In this document: positions 40,057 through 50,800 of the stretch, in pieces
Layout of the letters: every line of letters begins with the position of its first letter
Position numbering within the stretch: the first letter of the stretch is position 1
Source: an uncultured delta proteobacterium
GTDB taxonomy: Bacteria; Myxococcota; UBA727; VGSZ01
Reading direction: 5' to 3'
Assembly: GCA_963775425.1 (NCBI GenBank)
Contig: CAVZJB010000011.1
Coordinates: 256,001-320,000 of the forward strand
Length of the DNA: 64,000 nt
Position numbers and translations under genes: made by a program
Notes under the pieces: generated by a model
The model's database searches: none
Seen by the model: the letters and a program-made list of their open reading frames with translations, nothing else
What the model was told of the DNA's origin: nothing

Positions 40057-43000
40057 ATGAAAAACAACACCTCCTTCGGCACCAACGGAGCCAACACCAT
40101 GAACCGCAACGTCAAGACGCTCGCCGTTTCGCTGCTCGGGGCCGCCGCCATGTGCGGCGCCCTGGCCACCGCAGGCTGCGGCGAAGCCATCGACATCAAC
40201 CACGTCGGTCCCAACGTCGTGGACAAGAAGATCTTCGACGGTGAGTGGTATTTCCGCACCACCGTCGTCGACAAGCAGGCCAACGACGTCACGACCATCC
40301 TGGGTGACCAGGGCGGCCTCGAGCGCATCCGTTGGGAGATCACCGAGGGCTTCCTGATCGCCCACCGCTCCTATGAGCGCGTCCCGGGCACGGACCCGTC
40401 GAACCCCGGTGACGGCAACGTCATCGCGATGTTCGGCATCAAGAAGCACTTCGACATCAAGCGCGGGTACAACCCGACCAACGGTGTCGAGACCAACGTC
40501 ATCGAGGAGAACGACTTCGACCGCCCGTGGTGGCAGCGCGATTACATGCGCGTCGACTGGTCGCGCAACCTCGCCGACACCTTCGACGTGAGCTCCTCGC
40601 TGTGGGAGGGCGCCACCGTCACCCACAACGCGAACAACGATCCGACGTATCCGTACAAGCTGCGCATCACGCCGGACTACATCGAGACCACGCTCGACAC
40701 GATCCAGCAGCCCGATCCGTACGTCTGCTACTACCTGGACGGCGTCTCGCCCTGCAACGGCGCGGCCGTCAAGATGAAGCTGTCGTTCCGCAAGATCGAC
40801 CCGAGCGACGACTACGTCCCGCTCGACTACCCCGACTTCACCACGCCCCAGGTCGGCAACCTCCACCGCTTCGACGACGACGCCCCGATCTTCGCCTCGC
40901 TGCAGGATTCGCAGGGCCGGTTCGTGCCGCGTCTGTGCACCTCCGACGAGGTCGGGCCCGAGGGCACCGCCGAGTTCGACGTGGTCGTGCAGAACGGCAA
41001 CACCCGCATGTGCAACCCCGACCCGTTCACGGGCGACGCCGTCAACGGCATCGACTGCGAGACCATCGAGGCCAAGTGCGAGGGCATGGAGCCGCTCTCC
41101 TTCACCGCCGGCCCCGAGGACGTGAGCATCCCCTGCAACACGGCCGTGAGCGACCCGGACAGCTGCTTCCAGTTCACCATCCCGCTGTTCCAGCGCTTCG
41201 GCTTCTTCCGCACCGACCGCTTCGTGTACGACCGCGAGAACGGCAACACGCTGGCCGGCCGCGAGCGCCTGATCAACCGCTGGAACATCTGGAAGAAGAG
41301 CCGCGCCGACGACGGGACCATCCTCCCCGAGAGCGCGCGTGAGACGAAGCCGATCGTCTACTACCTCAACGTGGGCTTCCCGCCGGACATGCTCCCGGCC
41401 GCCACGGAGCTCCAGAACGAGTGGAACACGGTGTTCCAGTCCACGGTGGCGTCTGCGCAGGGCAAGCACGTCGCGGACGTGACCCAGCAGATGTTCGAGA
41501 TCCGCCAGAACGACTGCAACATCGACCACGTCAACCAGTTCGCCAAGGACCACGACCTCACCAACGCGCTGCACGACAACGGGATCATGGAGGTCGCCTT
41601 CGGCAACCTCGAGCAGTCCTGCGCGGTGCTCGAGGACGCCACCCAGAAGCAGCACGCGCTCGACCCGAGCGTCGAGGTGTTCACCTGGGAGCAGCTCGGC
41701 GACCTTCGCTACAGCTTCGTCGACTGGGTGCTTCGCCCCGAGTTCGGCGCCGGCGGCCTCCTCGGCTTCGGCCCGTCTTCGGCGGACCCGCAGACCGGTG
41801 AGATCGTCAGCGGCGTGGCCAACATCTACGGCGCCAACATCGACACCTACGCCAACTGGGGCGCCGACATCGTCGACCTCTTGAACGGCAAGATCACCGA
41901 GGGCGACATCATCAACGGCACGCAGATCCGCGAGCACGTCGAGGCGGTCCGCAACCGCTGGAGCAAGAAGATCCCGGACGCCCAGGTCACGGGCTTCGAG
42001 CGCCTCTTCGATCAGCGCACGCGCTCCATGAGCGACGACCAGTACCTCAAGCCCATGCCCCTCACGGCCGTGAACGCCAACTTCGACAAGCTCGCCAACA
42101 GCGGCATCGAGGAGCAGTACCTCGTCACCAACGAGATGCTGAAGATGTTCGGCCAGGACTACGAGGCGCAGAGCCAGGGCCGCATCACCGACAAGATGAT
42201 GCACAACGCCAAGCCCTCGACCTGGCTGCGCACCACGGTGCCGCAGCTCGCGTACGACTCGCAGACGGGTCTCAACAACGACGACCCGAACGCGATGATG
42301 CGCGACTCGCACGTGATCGGCCTCGCCGGCAAGTTCGACTCGTTCGCCGACTACCTCGGCCGCAGCAATCACTGCTACCTCGCGGGCCAGGTGGAGCCGG
42401 CCGTCGCCGACCTCGCGGCGTCGCTGAAGGAAGAGAACCTCTCGCGCGAAGAGCTGGTGAAGAAGATTCGCGAGAACATCTTCATCGCCGTCACTGCGCA
42501 CGAGCTCGGGCACACGTTCGGCCTGCGGCACAACTTCGAAGGCTCGGCCGACCCGCTGAACTTCTTCCCGCAGTTCTGGGACGTCGACGCCACTGCGCTT
42601 GACGCGGACCACCAGCACGAGCTCAGCAAGTCACCGCGCAAGAGCGAGCAGCAGTACTCGTCGATCATGGACTACCACCAGCGCTTCAACAGCGACTGGG
42701 GCGGTCTCGGCCTCTACGACGAGGCGGCCATCAAGTTCGGCTACGCGCAGCGCGTCGAGATCTTCGACGAGGGTCAGACCAACGGGAACTTCGTCTCCCG
42801 CGACTGGATCAACTCGTTGTTCATCCTCGACCCGTACTCGCTGCCGTACCTCGTCGGCGGTCAGACGGACGCGGCCACCGGCGGCTCCACCGCCGACGAC
42901 AAGATTGGCCACGCCTACACCGACACGCTCAACCGCTACGAGAACGGGGACGAGTACACGGTGCTCGACATCCCGAACGAGTCGGGCCTGCGCCCGCACC

Positions 43001-44418
43001 CGGAGAACCTCTACAAGCGGCGTGACATCCCGGTGCGCGACTGGCTGCGCAACGAGACCCTGCTTCGGGCGTTCGTCGGCTCGTACGACAACATCGCCGA
43101 CCTCCGCGACTCGGGCCTCCTCGACGACGACGGCCGCGCTCCCAAGGTGGCCGTGCCGTACGGCTACTGCTCCGACGCGTACGCCTGGGGCGGCGGCCTC
43201 ACCTGCAACCGCTTCGACATGGGCGTGACCTCGAAGGAGATCGTCTCCAACGCGGGCCAGATGTACGAGTTCTACTACCCGTTCCAGGCCTTCCGCGGCG
43301 AGCGCGTGCTCGCCAACCAGTGGTCCTGGCCGTCGTCGTACATGAGCCGCCTGTACTCGCGCACGTACCAGCCGATGCTCAACGCGTTCCGCTACTTCTA
43401 CTTCTATCGCCGCTCCTCCTCCGGCATCTTCCCGGCGGTGCGCGATTGGGCGGAGGCTTCGCTCATCGGCATGAACTTCTTTGCGCGCGTGATCCAGACG
43501 CCGGACGTCGGGACCTACTGCAAGAACAGCGCGGGTGAATTCGTTCCGCAGGCGCAGTCCGATGACGGGTGCGCGGACTCCGTCGAGCTCGGCATCGACG
43601 ACGGCCGCGTCTACAACACCAACTGGAACCTCGACTACGACTTCCAGCCGCTGAACATCGGCAACTTCTGGGACAAGTACCTCGCCATCAATGCGCTCAC
43701 CGACAGCGACGCGTTCTTCTTCCGCGACTTCTCGTCGTTGACGAACCGCGGCGCCTTCAGCATCGGCTACTACCGGGTGTTCCAGCCCGAGATGCTGAAG
43801 CTGTTCGGCGGCATGATGCGCGGCGATGCTTCGACCTTCACGCCGCGCGTGGTGGTGGACCCGGACACGCACACGCCGCAGGTGATCTACCAGCCCTTCG
43901 TGCAGACCGACGTCTACGGCCAGCCCATCGACCCCGATCCGTCGCTCTCCGCGGGCGACCCCATCCTGCCGGCGCAGAGCTACCAGCTCCGTCTGCAGGC
44001 CGCGTACATCGGCATGGTGAACCTGAGCTCCACGCTGGACCAGACCATGGACTTCGCCCAGCGCGCGCGCATCACCATCGCCGGATCGCAGTCGGATCCG
44101 ACCCACGATGCCTCGGTGCCGACGCTGGACTTCACCGACCCGAACTCGGGCATCGTCTATCGCTCCGCGGAGATCGACGGGCCTGACGCCTCGGTCGGCT
44201 TCCGGCTCCTGAGCGACGCCAAGACGCTCGCCGAGGGTGACTGGGCGGACGCCCAGGCCGCGCTCAACACCGTCAACGCGGACCCGAACGCCACGCAGGC
44301 CGAGAAGGACCAGGCGCAGGTGAACTTCAATGTGCAGGACCAGAAGCTCAACGAGAAGGTCCAGCTCATCGACTTCGTCGTCTACGCCGGCAACGCGTTC
44401 GAGTACTCCGGCGGCTGA
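40057..44418 (+). CDS. Giant lipoprotein zinc-dependent metalloprotease (metzincin, EcxA-like), paralog 2
   Basis: AAGGAGG RBS; lipobox 'ATAGC'; 'HELGHTFGLRHN'; Met-turn 'YSSIMDY'. Confidence 0.9.
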   Translation: MKNNTSFGTNGANTMNRNVKTLAVSLLGAAAMCGALATAGCGEAIDINHVGPNVVDKKIFDGEWYFRTTVVDKQANDVTTILGDQGGLERIRWEITEGFLIAHRSYERVPGTDPSNPGDGNVIAMFGIKKHFDIKRGYNPTNGVETNVIEENDFDRPWWQRDYMRVDWSRNLADTFDVSSSLWEGATVTHNANNDPTYPYKLRITPDYIETTLDTIQQPDPYVCYYLDGVSPCNGAAVKMKLSFRKIDPSDDYVPLDYPDFTTPQVGNLHRFDDDAPIFASLQDSQGRFVPRLCTSDEVGPEGTAEFDVVVQNGNTRMCNPDPFTGDAVNGIDCETIEAKCEGMEPLSFTAGPEDVSIPCNTAVSDPDSCFQFTIPLFQRFGFFRTDRFVYDRENGNTLAGRERLINRWNIWKKSRADDGTILPESARETKPIVYYLNVGFPPDMLPAATELQNEWNTVFQSTVASAQGKHVADVTQQMFEIRQNDCNIDHVNQFAKDHDLTNALHDNGIMEVAFGNLEQSCAVLEDATQKQHALDPSVEVFTWEQLGDLRYSFVDWVLRPEFGAGGLLGFGPSSADPQTGEIVSGVANIYGANIDTYANWGADIVDLLNGKITEGDIINGTQIREHVEAVRNRWSKKIPDAQVTGFERLFDQRTRSMSDDQYLKPMPLTAVNANFDKLANSGIEEQYLVTNEMLKMFGQDYEAQSQGRITDKMMHNAKPSTWLRTTVPQLAYDSQTGLNNDDPNAMMRDSHVIGLAGKFDSFADYLGRSNHCYLAGQVEPAVADLAASLKEENLSREELVKKIRENIFIAVTAHELGHTFGLRHNFEGSADPLNFFPQFWDVDATALDADHQHELSKSPRKSEQQYSSIMDYHQRFNSDWGGLGLYDEAAIKFGYAQRVEIFDEGQTNGNFVSRDWINSLFILDPYSLPYLVGGQTDAATGGSTADDKIGHAYTDTLNRYENGDEYTVLDIPNESGLRPHPENLYKRRDIPVRDWLRNETLLRAFVGSYDNIADLRDSGLLDDDGRAPKVAVPYGYCSDAYAWGGGLTCNRFDMGVTSKEIVSNAGQMYEFYYPFQAFRGERVLANQWSWPSSYMSRLYSRTYQPMLNAFRYFYFYRRSSSGIFPAVRDWAEASLIGMNFFARVIQTPDVGTYCKNSAGEFVPQAQSDDGCADSVELGIDDGRVYNTNWNLDYDFQPLNIGNFWDKYLAINALTDSDAFFFRDFSSLTNRGAFSIGYYRVFQPEMLKLFGGMMRGDASTFTPRVVVDPDTHTPQVIYQPFVQTDVYGQPIDPDPSLSAGDPILPAQSYQLRLQAAYIGMVNLSSTLDQTMDFAQRARITIAGSQSDPTHDASVPTLDFTDPNSGIVYRSAEIDGPDASVGFRLLSDAKTLAEGDWADAQAALNTVNADPNATQAEKDQAQVNFNVQDQKLNEKVQLIDFVVYAGNAFEYSGG

Positions 44419-44440
44419 CGCCGTCGCCCTCGGGCAACGC

Positions 44441-44485
44441 GCGGCCCCCTCGACCCTGCGGGGAACGAGGGGGCCGCTCTTTTTT
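44441..44485 (+). terminator. Rho-independent terminator of the barrel-protease operon
   Basis: gcggccccctcg pairs with cgagggggccgc, followed by tctttttt. Confidence 0.9.
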
Positions 44486-44493
44486 GCCCGTGC

Positions 44494-47400
44494 TCAGAAC
44501 AGGTAGCCGAGCGTGATGTAGTACTGGCTCGTCCCGCGGGGCGGCGAGAACGCGTAGTCGAACGCGAGCGGGCCGACCGGCGTCACCAGCCGGAGCCCGG
44601 CGCCCAAGGACCACGCGTAGCGCGGGTCCTGCACGGAGGCGGCCGGCGCAGTGACGTCGAAGTCGTCGGTACTGCCGCCGGCGTCGGCGAAGAGCGCGCC
44701 CTGGAGGTCGCCCAGGAAGAGCTGCTTCACGAGCGTGGTGCGCACCTCGAGGTTGGCGTTGCCGCCGTAGAGCCCGGGCCGCACCTGGAAGCTCTGTTGG
44801 CCCGCGTCGTCGAGCACGGGCTTGAGGCGGGTGTCGTACACGGGGCCGAAGACGCCGATCTCGTTCTCCCTCACGCCGCGCACGCTGCGCTCGCCGCCGA
44901 GGAGCAGCAGGTCGTTCTGCATGAGCGCCCACTCGCACCCGAGGTTCGTGCCTGGGCACTTGACCGCGACCGAGGCCCCGACGCGGGCGCGCACCCCCGC
45001 CGCGAAGGTCACGCGGTCGAAGAAGCTCAGGTAGGCGCGACCGGCGAAGCCGAACACGGCGTACGGCCCGTGCTCCACGAACGGCGGTGTGGAGGCGCGG
45101 ACAAAGGCGTCGACACCGAAGCCGCGCTTGGGGTCGAAGGGGTTGTCGACGTCGTTGTAGGAGATCCGGGGGGTGAGCGTCGCGACCCGCGTGGGGTCCA
45201 CCTGCACCGACGTCAAGAGCCCGTCGATGGTCTGGAGCGCCTCCTGCGAAAACGGCGGGATGGGTGAGGCGGCGAGGTCGAGCCAGTCGTAGCGCAGCTC
45301 GACCGTCACGCCGAGCGTGAGCTTGTCGTCGACGACGGGGGCGATGTTCTGGAGGCGCCAGTCGAGCGACAGCGAGCCGCCGACGGAGAACAGGCGTCGT
45401 CGCAGGTCAGGTGCCTCCCACGCCGCCGTCGCCTTCTGCCCCGCCGTCGTCGACGGAATGGTGAGCCGCGCGCCCGCCGGCGTGTCGAAGTACGTCAGCG
45501 CGAGCGGGATGAACGACGCGCTGATGTCCGAGCCGAAGATGCGCGGCCAGCGAACCTGGCCCTTGGTCTGGCTGAGGCGGCCGACGAACAGCCCGAAGTC
45601 GAGCGACCAATCGGCGTCGAGCATGGTGCCGAAGAGGTTCTTGTGGCGCACCTCCGTGCGCAGCGACAGGAGCTGCTCGGTGGAGAAGCCGATGGAGGTG
45701 TCTACGGTGAACGCCGGCCGCTCCGCCACCGTGAGCGACACCGCCGCGCGGTTGTTGCCGAAGCTGCCGTCGAGGCCGAGGTAGCGGAGCTGGACGCTGT
45801 CGTAGAGGCCGCTGCGGCGCAGGCGCGAGATGCCTTTGCCGAGCGCGATGGGGTCGAGGGGCTCTCCGACCTTCCCGTCGAGGCCGGCCTCGCGCAACAA
45901 CACGCCGCGCTGGGTCACGAAGTTGCCCGAGACGAAGACCTCGCCGAGGAGCACCTGGCGCACGTTGTTGGTGCGCGGGTGCGCCCGTTGCTCCGCCGTG
46001 GCGTTGGGCGGCAGCACTGTGATGCGGACGCGCGTGCCGTCGGCGCCGAACGCGGTCTCGAGCGACGCCTCGACGTTTGGGAAGCCGTGGCTCGCGTACA
46101 CCTGCTGCACCCGCTGCGCGTCCCCCTCGAGCTCTTCGGGGCGCAGCGGCGCGCCCTTGCAGTCCTCCGGCGTCGTCGGCGGCCGGCCCTCCTTGGTGGC
46201 GACGCCGCCGTCGCAGTGGCGGATGGCCTGGAGCACCGCGGGGGTGAGCGCGGGCGCGCCGCCGGCGAGCACCACGCCGCTCAACAGGAACGTCTCGCCC
46301 TCGTCGATGACGAAGGTGACGTCGATGTGCCCGCCGTCGTCCAGCGCGGCCGTGGCCTCGACCTCCGCCTCCGGATAGCCGCGGTCTTCGTAGAACGCCC
46401 GAATGCGCTCTTCGTCGTCGGCGAGCTGGGGCGCGGACACCGCTCCGCTGTTGCCGAAGGAGCGCACGTGCGCCGCCAGCGTCGTGTGCTTCTCGATGTC
46501 CTTGGTGGAGATGGCGTGGTTGCCGACGAAGCGCACCGAGCGCACGGCGGCGATGGGGCTGCGCTCCACCGTGTAGTCCACCACCCGCTCGCCGGGATAG
46601 CTGCGGTCGTCGACGTCGACCTTGGGCCGGATGCGCCCGCGCTGCGCCAGGTACTTCTCGACGTTCTGCGCCGTGACGCCGATCTCCGTCTCGTCGATGG
46701 CGCCGGCTTGCTGGAACGTGAGCGTCTGAAACAGGCGGCCCTCGACGAGGTCCGTGTCGAGGGCTCTGTTGGGCGGCGCGTCGGCGATGATCTGGAAGAG
46801 GCGCGAGAACGGCTCCGCGAACGTCTCCCGCAGCCACAGCACCGACGACTCGAACAGCACCGGCGTCTCCGCGATGGGCTTCTCCCCGGGCTGTACGTGA
46901 AAGCGCACCGTCACCTGGGTGCCCGCCTCGACGTCGACGACGAGGTTCACGCACTGCGGCGGCGGCTTGAGCCCGTGGTTCTTGTAGCTCTGAAGGTCCT
47001 TGCCGCTCAGCGCGCACTTCGCGACGTCGGCGTGGGCGGGGTCGACGAATTGCGGGGTCACGCGGATGCGGGCTTCGGGGTAGCCGCGCGCGTGCAAGAC
47101 GTCGGTGAAGTGCTCGATGGTGGCCTGAAGGCGTCGTTTGTTGAAGCACGCGGTGCGCAGCCCCATGAAGAAGCCGTCGAGCGCGCCCTCGCTGGTCAGG
47201 CACATGTGCCCGAACGCCTCTTGCAGTTGCCGCTGGCTGAGCGGCTCCCAGCGCCGCAGATCCACGCGGTGGACGTCGACGAAGGCGCCGCCGCGCACGC
47301 GCACGGTCACGTTGTATTCGCCGGGCTCCTTGGCCCGGCGCACGAGGAGACGCACGCGCGCGCCCATGAAGCCCTCACGGTCGAGGTACTCCTCGATGCG

Positions 47401-47865
47401 CTGCCGCTGCCGCACCAGGCGGCTGCGACCTCCGGCCTCCTCCTCATCGAGCGGCTCGCCGGGCTTCAAGAAGATGCGCTTGCGCACGTCGCTCTCGAGG
47501 AGCGCGCGCGGCAGCCCCTCGATCTTCACCTCACGGAGCACGCGCGCGCGCCACAAGGTGCACTGGACGATGCCGTCGCCGGCCTCGGCGCAGCGGGCCC
47601 TGCGATAGCGGCGGACGGCGTCGAGGCGGGCCTGGGCCTCGTCCACCACGGTGGCGTCGAGGGGGTTGCCGACGAGATCCGCGAGGAAGCGATCGAGCTG
47701 CTCGCGCTCCCCTGCGCTCAGCCGCTCGGCCTTGTAACGAAAGCCCGCGACGGTGCCGCCGCGGGCCCCCGGCGTCGCGCTCTTGGCCGCGGCGGGGTCG
47801 GCGGGGACAACGGCGCCGGGACCGGCGCCCGTCGCGACGAGCAGGGTGAGGAGCAGGGGCGTCAT
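44494..47865 (-). CDS. Omp85-family (BamA/TamA) protein with multiple POTRA domains
   Basis: Repeated 'Y...G(F/Y)P.A.V' POTRA motifs, 'LGGERSVRG', 'GAGLRLVTPVGPLAFDYA', terminal 'YYITLGYLF'; ATGA overlap with tamB. Confidence 0.9.
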   Translation of the reverse strand: MTPLLLTLLVATGAGPGAVVPADPAAAKSATPGARGGTVAGFRYKAERLSAGEREQLDRFLADLVGNPLDATVVDEAQARLDAVRRYRRARCAEAGDGIVQCTLWRARVLREVKIEGLPRALLESDVRKRIFLKPGEPLDEEEAGGRSRLVRQRQRIEEYLDREGFMGARVRLLVRRAKEPGEYNVTVRVRGGAFVDVHRVDLRRWEPLSQRQLQEAFGHMCLTSEGALDGFFMGLRTACFNKRRLQATIEHFTDVLHARGYPEARIRVTPQFVDPAHADVAKCALSGKDLQSYKNHGLKPPPQCVNLVVDVEAGTQVTVRFHVQPGEKPIAETPVLFESSVLWLRETFAEPFSRLFQIIADAPPNRALDTDLVEGRLFQTLTFQQAGAIDETEIGVTAQNVEKYLAQRGRIRPKVDVDDRSYPGERVVDYTVERSPIAAVRSVRFVGNHAISTKDIEKHTTLAAHVRSFGNSGAVSAPQLADDEERIRAFYEDRGYPEAEVEATAALDDGGHIDVTFVIDEGETFLLSGVVLAGGAPALTPAVLQAIRHCDGGVATKEGRPPTTPEDCKGAPLRPEELEGDAQRVQQVYASHGFPNVEASLETAFGADGTRVRITVLPPNATAEQRAHPRTNNVRQVLLGEVFVSGNFVTQRGVLLREAGLDGKVGEPLDPIALGKGISRLRRSGLYDSVQLRYLGLDGSFGNNRAAVSLTVAERPAFTVDTSIGFSTEQLLSLRTEVRHKNLFGTMLDADWSLDFGLFVGRLSQTKGQVRWPRIFGSDISASFIPLALTYFDTPAGARLTIPSTTAGQKATAAWEAPDLRRRLFSVGGSLSLDWRLQNIAPVVDDKLTLGVTVELRYDWLDLAASPIPPFSQEALQTIDGLLTSVQVDPTRVATLTPRISYNDVDNPFDPKRGFGVDAFVRASTPPFVEHGPYAVFGFAGRAYLSFFDRVTFAAGVRARVGASVAVKCPGTNLGCEWALMQNDLLLLGGERSVRGVRENEIGVFGPVYDTRLKPVLDDAGQQSFQVRPGLYGGNANLEVRTTLVKQLFLGDLQGALFADAGGSTDDFDVTAPAASVQDPRYAWSLGAGLRLVTPVGPLAFDYAFSPPRGTSQYYITLGYLF

Positions 47866-50800
47866 TCTTCGAAGAGCCTCAGCGAGAGCCGCAGGTCCCC
47901 GCCGCTGGGGCCGCCGGTGCTGCCCTCGAGCGAGAGGTTCTTGCCGATCGGGAGGTGGTCGTAGATGAGCAGCCGCAGGCGGACGCCCTGGTCGGTGGTG
48001 GACGCCGCGTTGAGCGTCGTGGCCGTCCCCGACGTCGCCGTGGTGGCCGCGGTGTTCACGTAGGTGAGCCCCTGCGCGCCCTGTTGGTTGACGATGAGGC
48101 CGGGTCCTTCGAGCTGCAGGCGGCGGCCGAGCTGCCAGCGCCAGCCGCCGATGTCGAGGTTCACCTCGCCGCCGAAGGTCTGCTGTGCGAGCTGCTCGAG
48201 CTCCGCGGTGACCGGCGCCGTGGCCTCGCTGGTGAGCGCGCGCAAGGCGATGTTGACGTCGCGGTTTTGCACCGTGTCCTCGATGGTGCGCCCGAACAGG
48301 ATGAAGCCGAGGAGCTCCGAGCGCGTCCACTCGCGCTGCGGATCGGTCGCCGAGAGGTCGAGGGTGATGCCCTTCTTCAAGTCGCCGTCGAGGAAGAGGT
48401 CCACGGGGATCTCGGTGTCGTTGGTGCCGGCGGCGCCCGGGGGGATCTCCGTTCGTGCCGTGGCGTGCACCAACGGGTTGAGCTTCCCGTCGACGGCGGT
48501 GGGGAACTCGATCTGCATCTCCACGACCTCGAAGCGCGCGCGCGGGAAGTCGACGGTGCCCTCTTCGACCTCGACGGCGCCGTCGAGGCGCGGCACACGC
48601 AGGGTGTTCTTGAGCTGGAGATCGCCTCGCAGCGTCAGGTCGGCGTCGAAGTTGGCCATGTTGGCGCGGACGCGGAAGCCCTGCAGGGACAGCCCCACGT
48701 CGAGCTCCAGGTTTTCGAGGCCGAGCGGCGTGAGCGTGACGTACAGCGGGTCGCTCGCCTTGTCCGGCGGCGCCTGGAGGATGAAGTTCCGGAGCTCGAA
48801 GGTCTTGCGGTAGAGGCCCTCGGTGACCTCGACGCGGCCCTTGAGCCTGGGCGCCGCCTCGTCGCCCTCGAGCGTGAGGTCGAGCGCTCCCTCGGCGCGG
48901 CCGGTGGGCAGCTTGAAGACGAGGTTGCTGCCGGACGCGACGAGGTCCCAATGCGCGACGTAGCCGCGGTCGCTTTGCCGCGCGGTGCGCACGTCGGCGA
49001 GGCCGTTGAGCGTGAGGTCGCCGTCGCCGACGCGGGCCTTGAGCCCCTTGGCGTTCACGCGGATGAGCCCGTCGGCGTTGTCGGCGAGGGGAGCGAAGGC
49101 GACGCTGCCGCCGGTGAACGTGATGACCTCGCCGAGCGCGCGCGGCGTGACGACGGCGCCGCTGTTGGGCGTGAAGGTGCCTTCGACGCTGATGCCCTTG
49201 TCGTAGCGCCCGCGCACCACGAGAGAGGTCTGCGCGGTGCCGCTCGCGTTGGCGATCTGCGGCGTGAACGCCTTGGCGATGCCGAGCCCGACGCTGCCCT
49301 TCACGTTCAGGTCGATGTCCTCGATGCCGACGGAGCCGGCCACGACGACGTCGACGTCGCCGCTCGGCGACGCGAAGCGCGCCGGCGTGACGAGCTTGAC
49401 GCGGCGATCGGCGTAGAGCACCTCGGAGGTGCCGGCGAGATCGGCGCGCAGCGAGCCCGGCGGTTGCACGCTGGCCTCGAGGAGCGTCGCCTCGGCGCGG
49501 ATGTCGACGGGCTTCCCCTCGGCCTTCACGATCTGCGCGTCCGCGCGCGCCTTGGCCCCGACGGAGAGATCGCGGGCCGCGAGCGCCGGCAGCAGGTCCT
49601 CGAGCCGTGGCTCCTCCACCTGGCCGACCACCGCCAGGTCGAACGTGCCGTGCAGGCCGTCGACGTCGCCGACGATGGTCGCCCACACGCGTTCGCCCGC
49701 GGTGCACGGCGACTCCGCCTCCCCGGCCGGCGCCCCGAGGGGGGGCGGGGGCGTCGATGGCGCCGCGCTCGTGGGCGCCGGCGCCTTCGCCGGCGTCGCC
49801 GGCTCCGGCGTGAAAGCACAGATGCGCGCGTTGAGGGAGCCTCCGTCCATGCGCGCGTCGACGAGCAACGGGCCAAGGGGGCGCATGACCGCGGGCGCGG
49901 GTCCCTGCGTCTCCGTGCTGCCCGGGCTCGCGCGCGCGACCGCCACCTCAGGGGAGCGCAGGTGCAGGCGCATGTCGAGCGCCTCGAGCGGTCCGGAGAC
50001 GTCGACGGCGCCGGTGGCGAAGCCCTCGAGCGGTGAGACCGCCTTGCCGAGCTGCGTTGTGAACGGCGACAGGTCGACGTTCTGCATCTCGGCGTGCGCG
50101 TTCACGATCCGCCGCTCCACCGCGTACGACGACACGACGTCCCACGCGCCGCGGCTGCCCTCGAGGTGCGCGGCGAGCGTGGCTACGTGGCTCCGCGGCG
50201 CCCCGCCGGGCGTCGCCTTGCCGCGCGGCGCACCCGCGGCGCCCGCTGCCTCGGGCCGGTACGTGACGTCGACGGCGCCGGCGCCCAGCTGCTGATCGCC
50301 GACGCTCACGTCTGTGGCGCCGAGCCGCGCGACGACCTCGGGCTCCTTGGCGTCGCCGCTGATGATCACCAGGCCCTGCGCGGTGCCGCCGAATCGCGCC
50401 TTCCGGGCGGCCTGGATGCCGGCGAGCGCGAGCGACTCCACGTGGGCGTGCCCCTCGATGACGAGGTCGGGCAACGTCAAACGCACGTCGTCGGTGTGCG
50501 CGCGCACGACGCCGCCGCGGACGTCCGCGTAGGTCACCTGCAGCAAATTCTTGCTCACGGTGGCGCGCGCCGTGGCGGCGCCGAGGTCCTCACCGGAGAC
50601 CTCGAGCCCGCCCGCGGCCGCCCGCAGCGCGACGACGGGGTTGTCGACGGTGCCGCCCAGGACGGCCTCGACGTCGGCGACGCCCGCCAGGAGAGACGGC
50701 TCGCCGTCCGCGCTCGTGCGGCCCGCGCCGAGCGCGATGCGCGCGAGGTCGGCGCGTGCCACGCGGACGGTGCCGGCAAGGGCGCGCCTGTCCTTGAGCT

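Noticed and set aside
35279-44106. Very long minus-strand ORFs (1517, 874 and 491 aa) opposite the proteases
   Set aside because: Antisense shadows of strongly biased codon usage; no motifs, whereas the plus strand has RBSs, lipoboxes and catalytic motifs
34125-44418. Genomic island or prophage interpretation of the compositional shift
   Set aside because: No integrase, tRNA, flanking direct repeats or phage genes; third codon positions remain host-like
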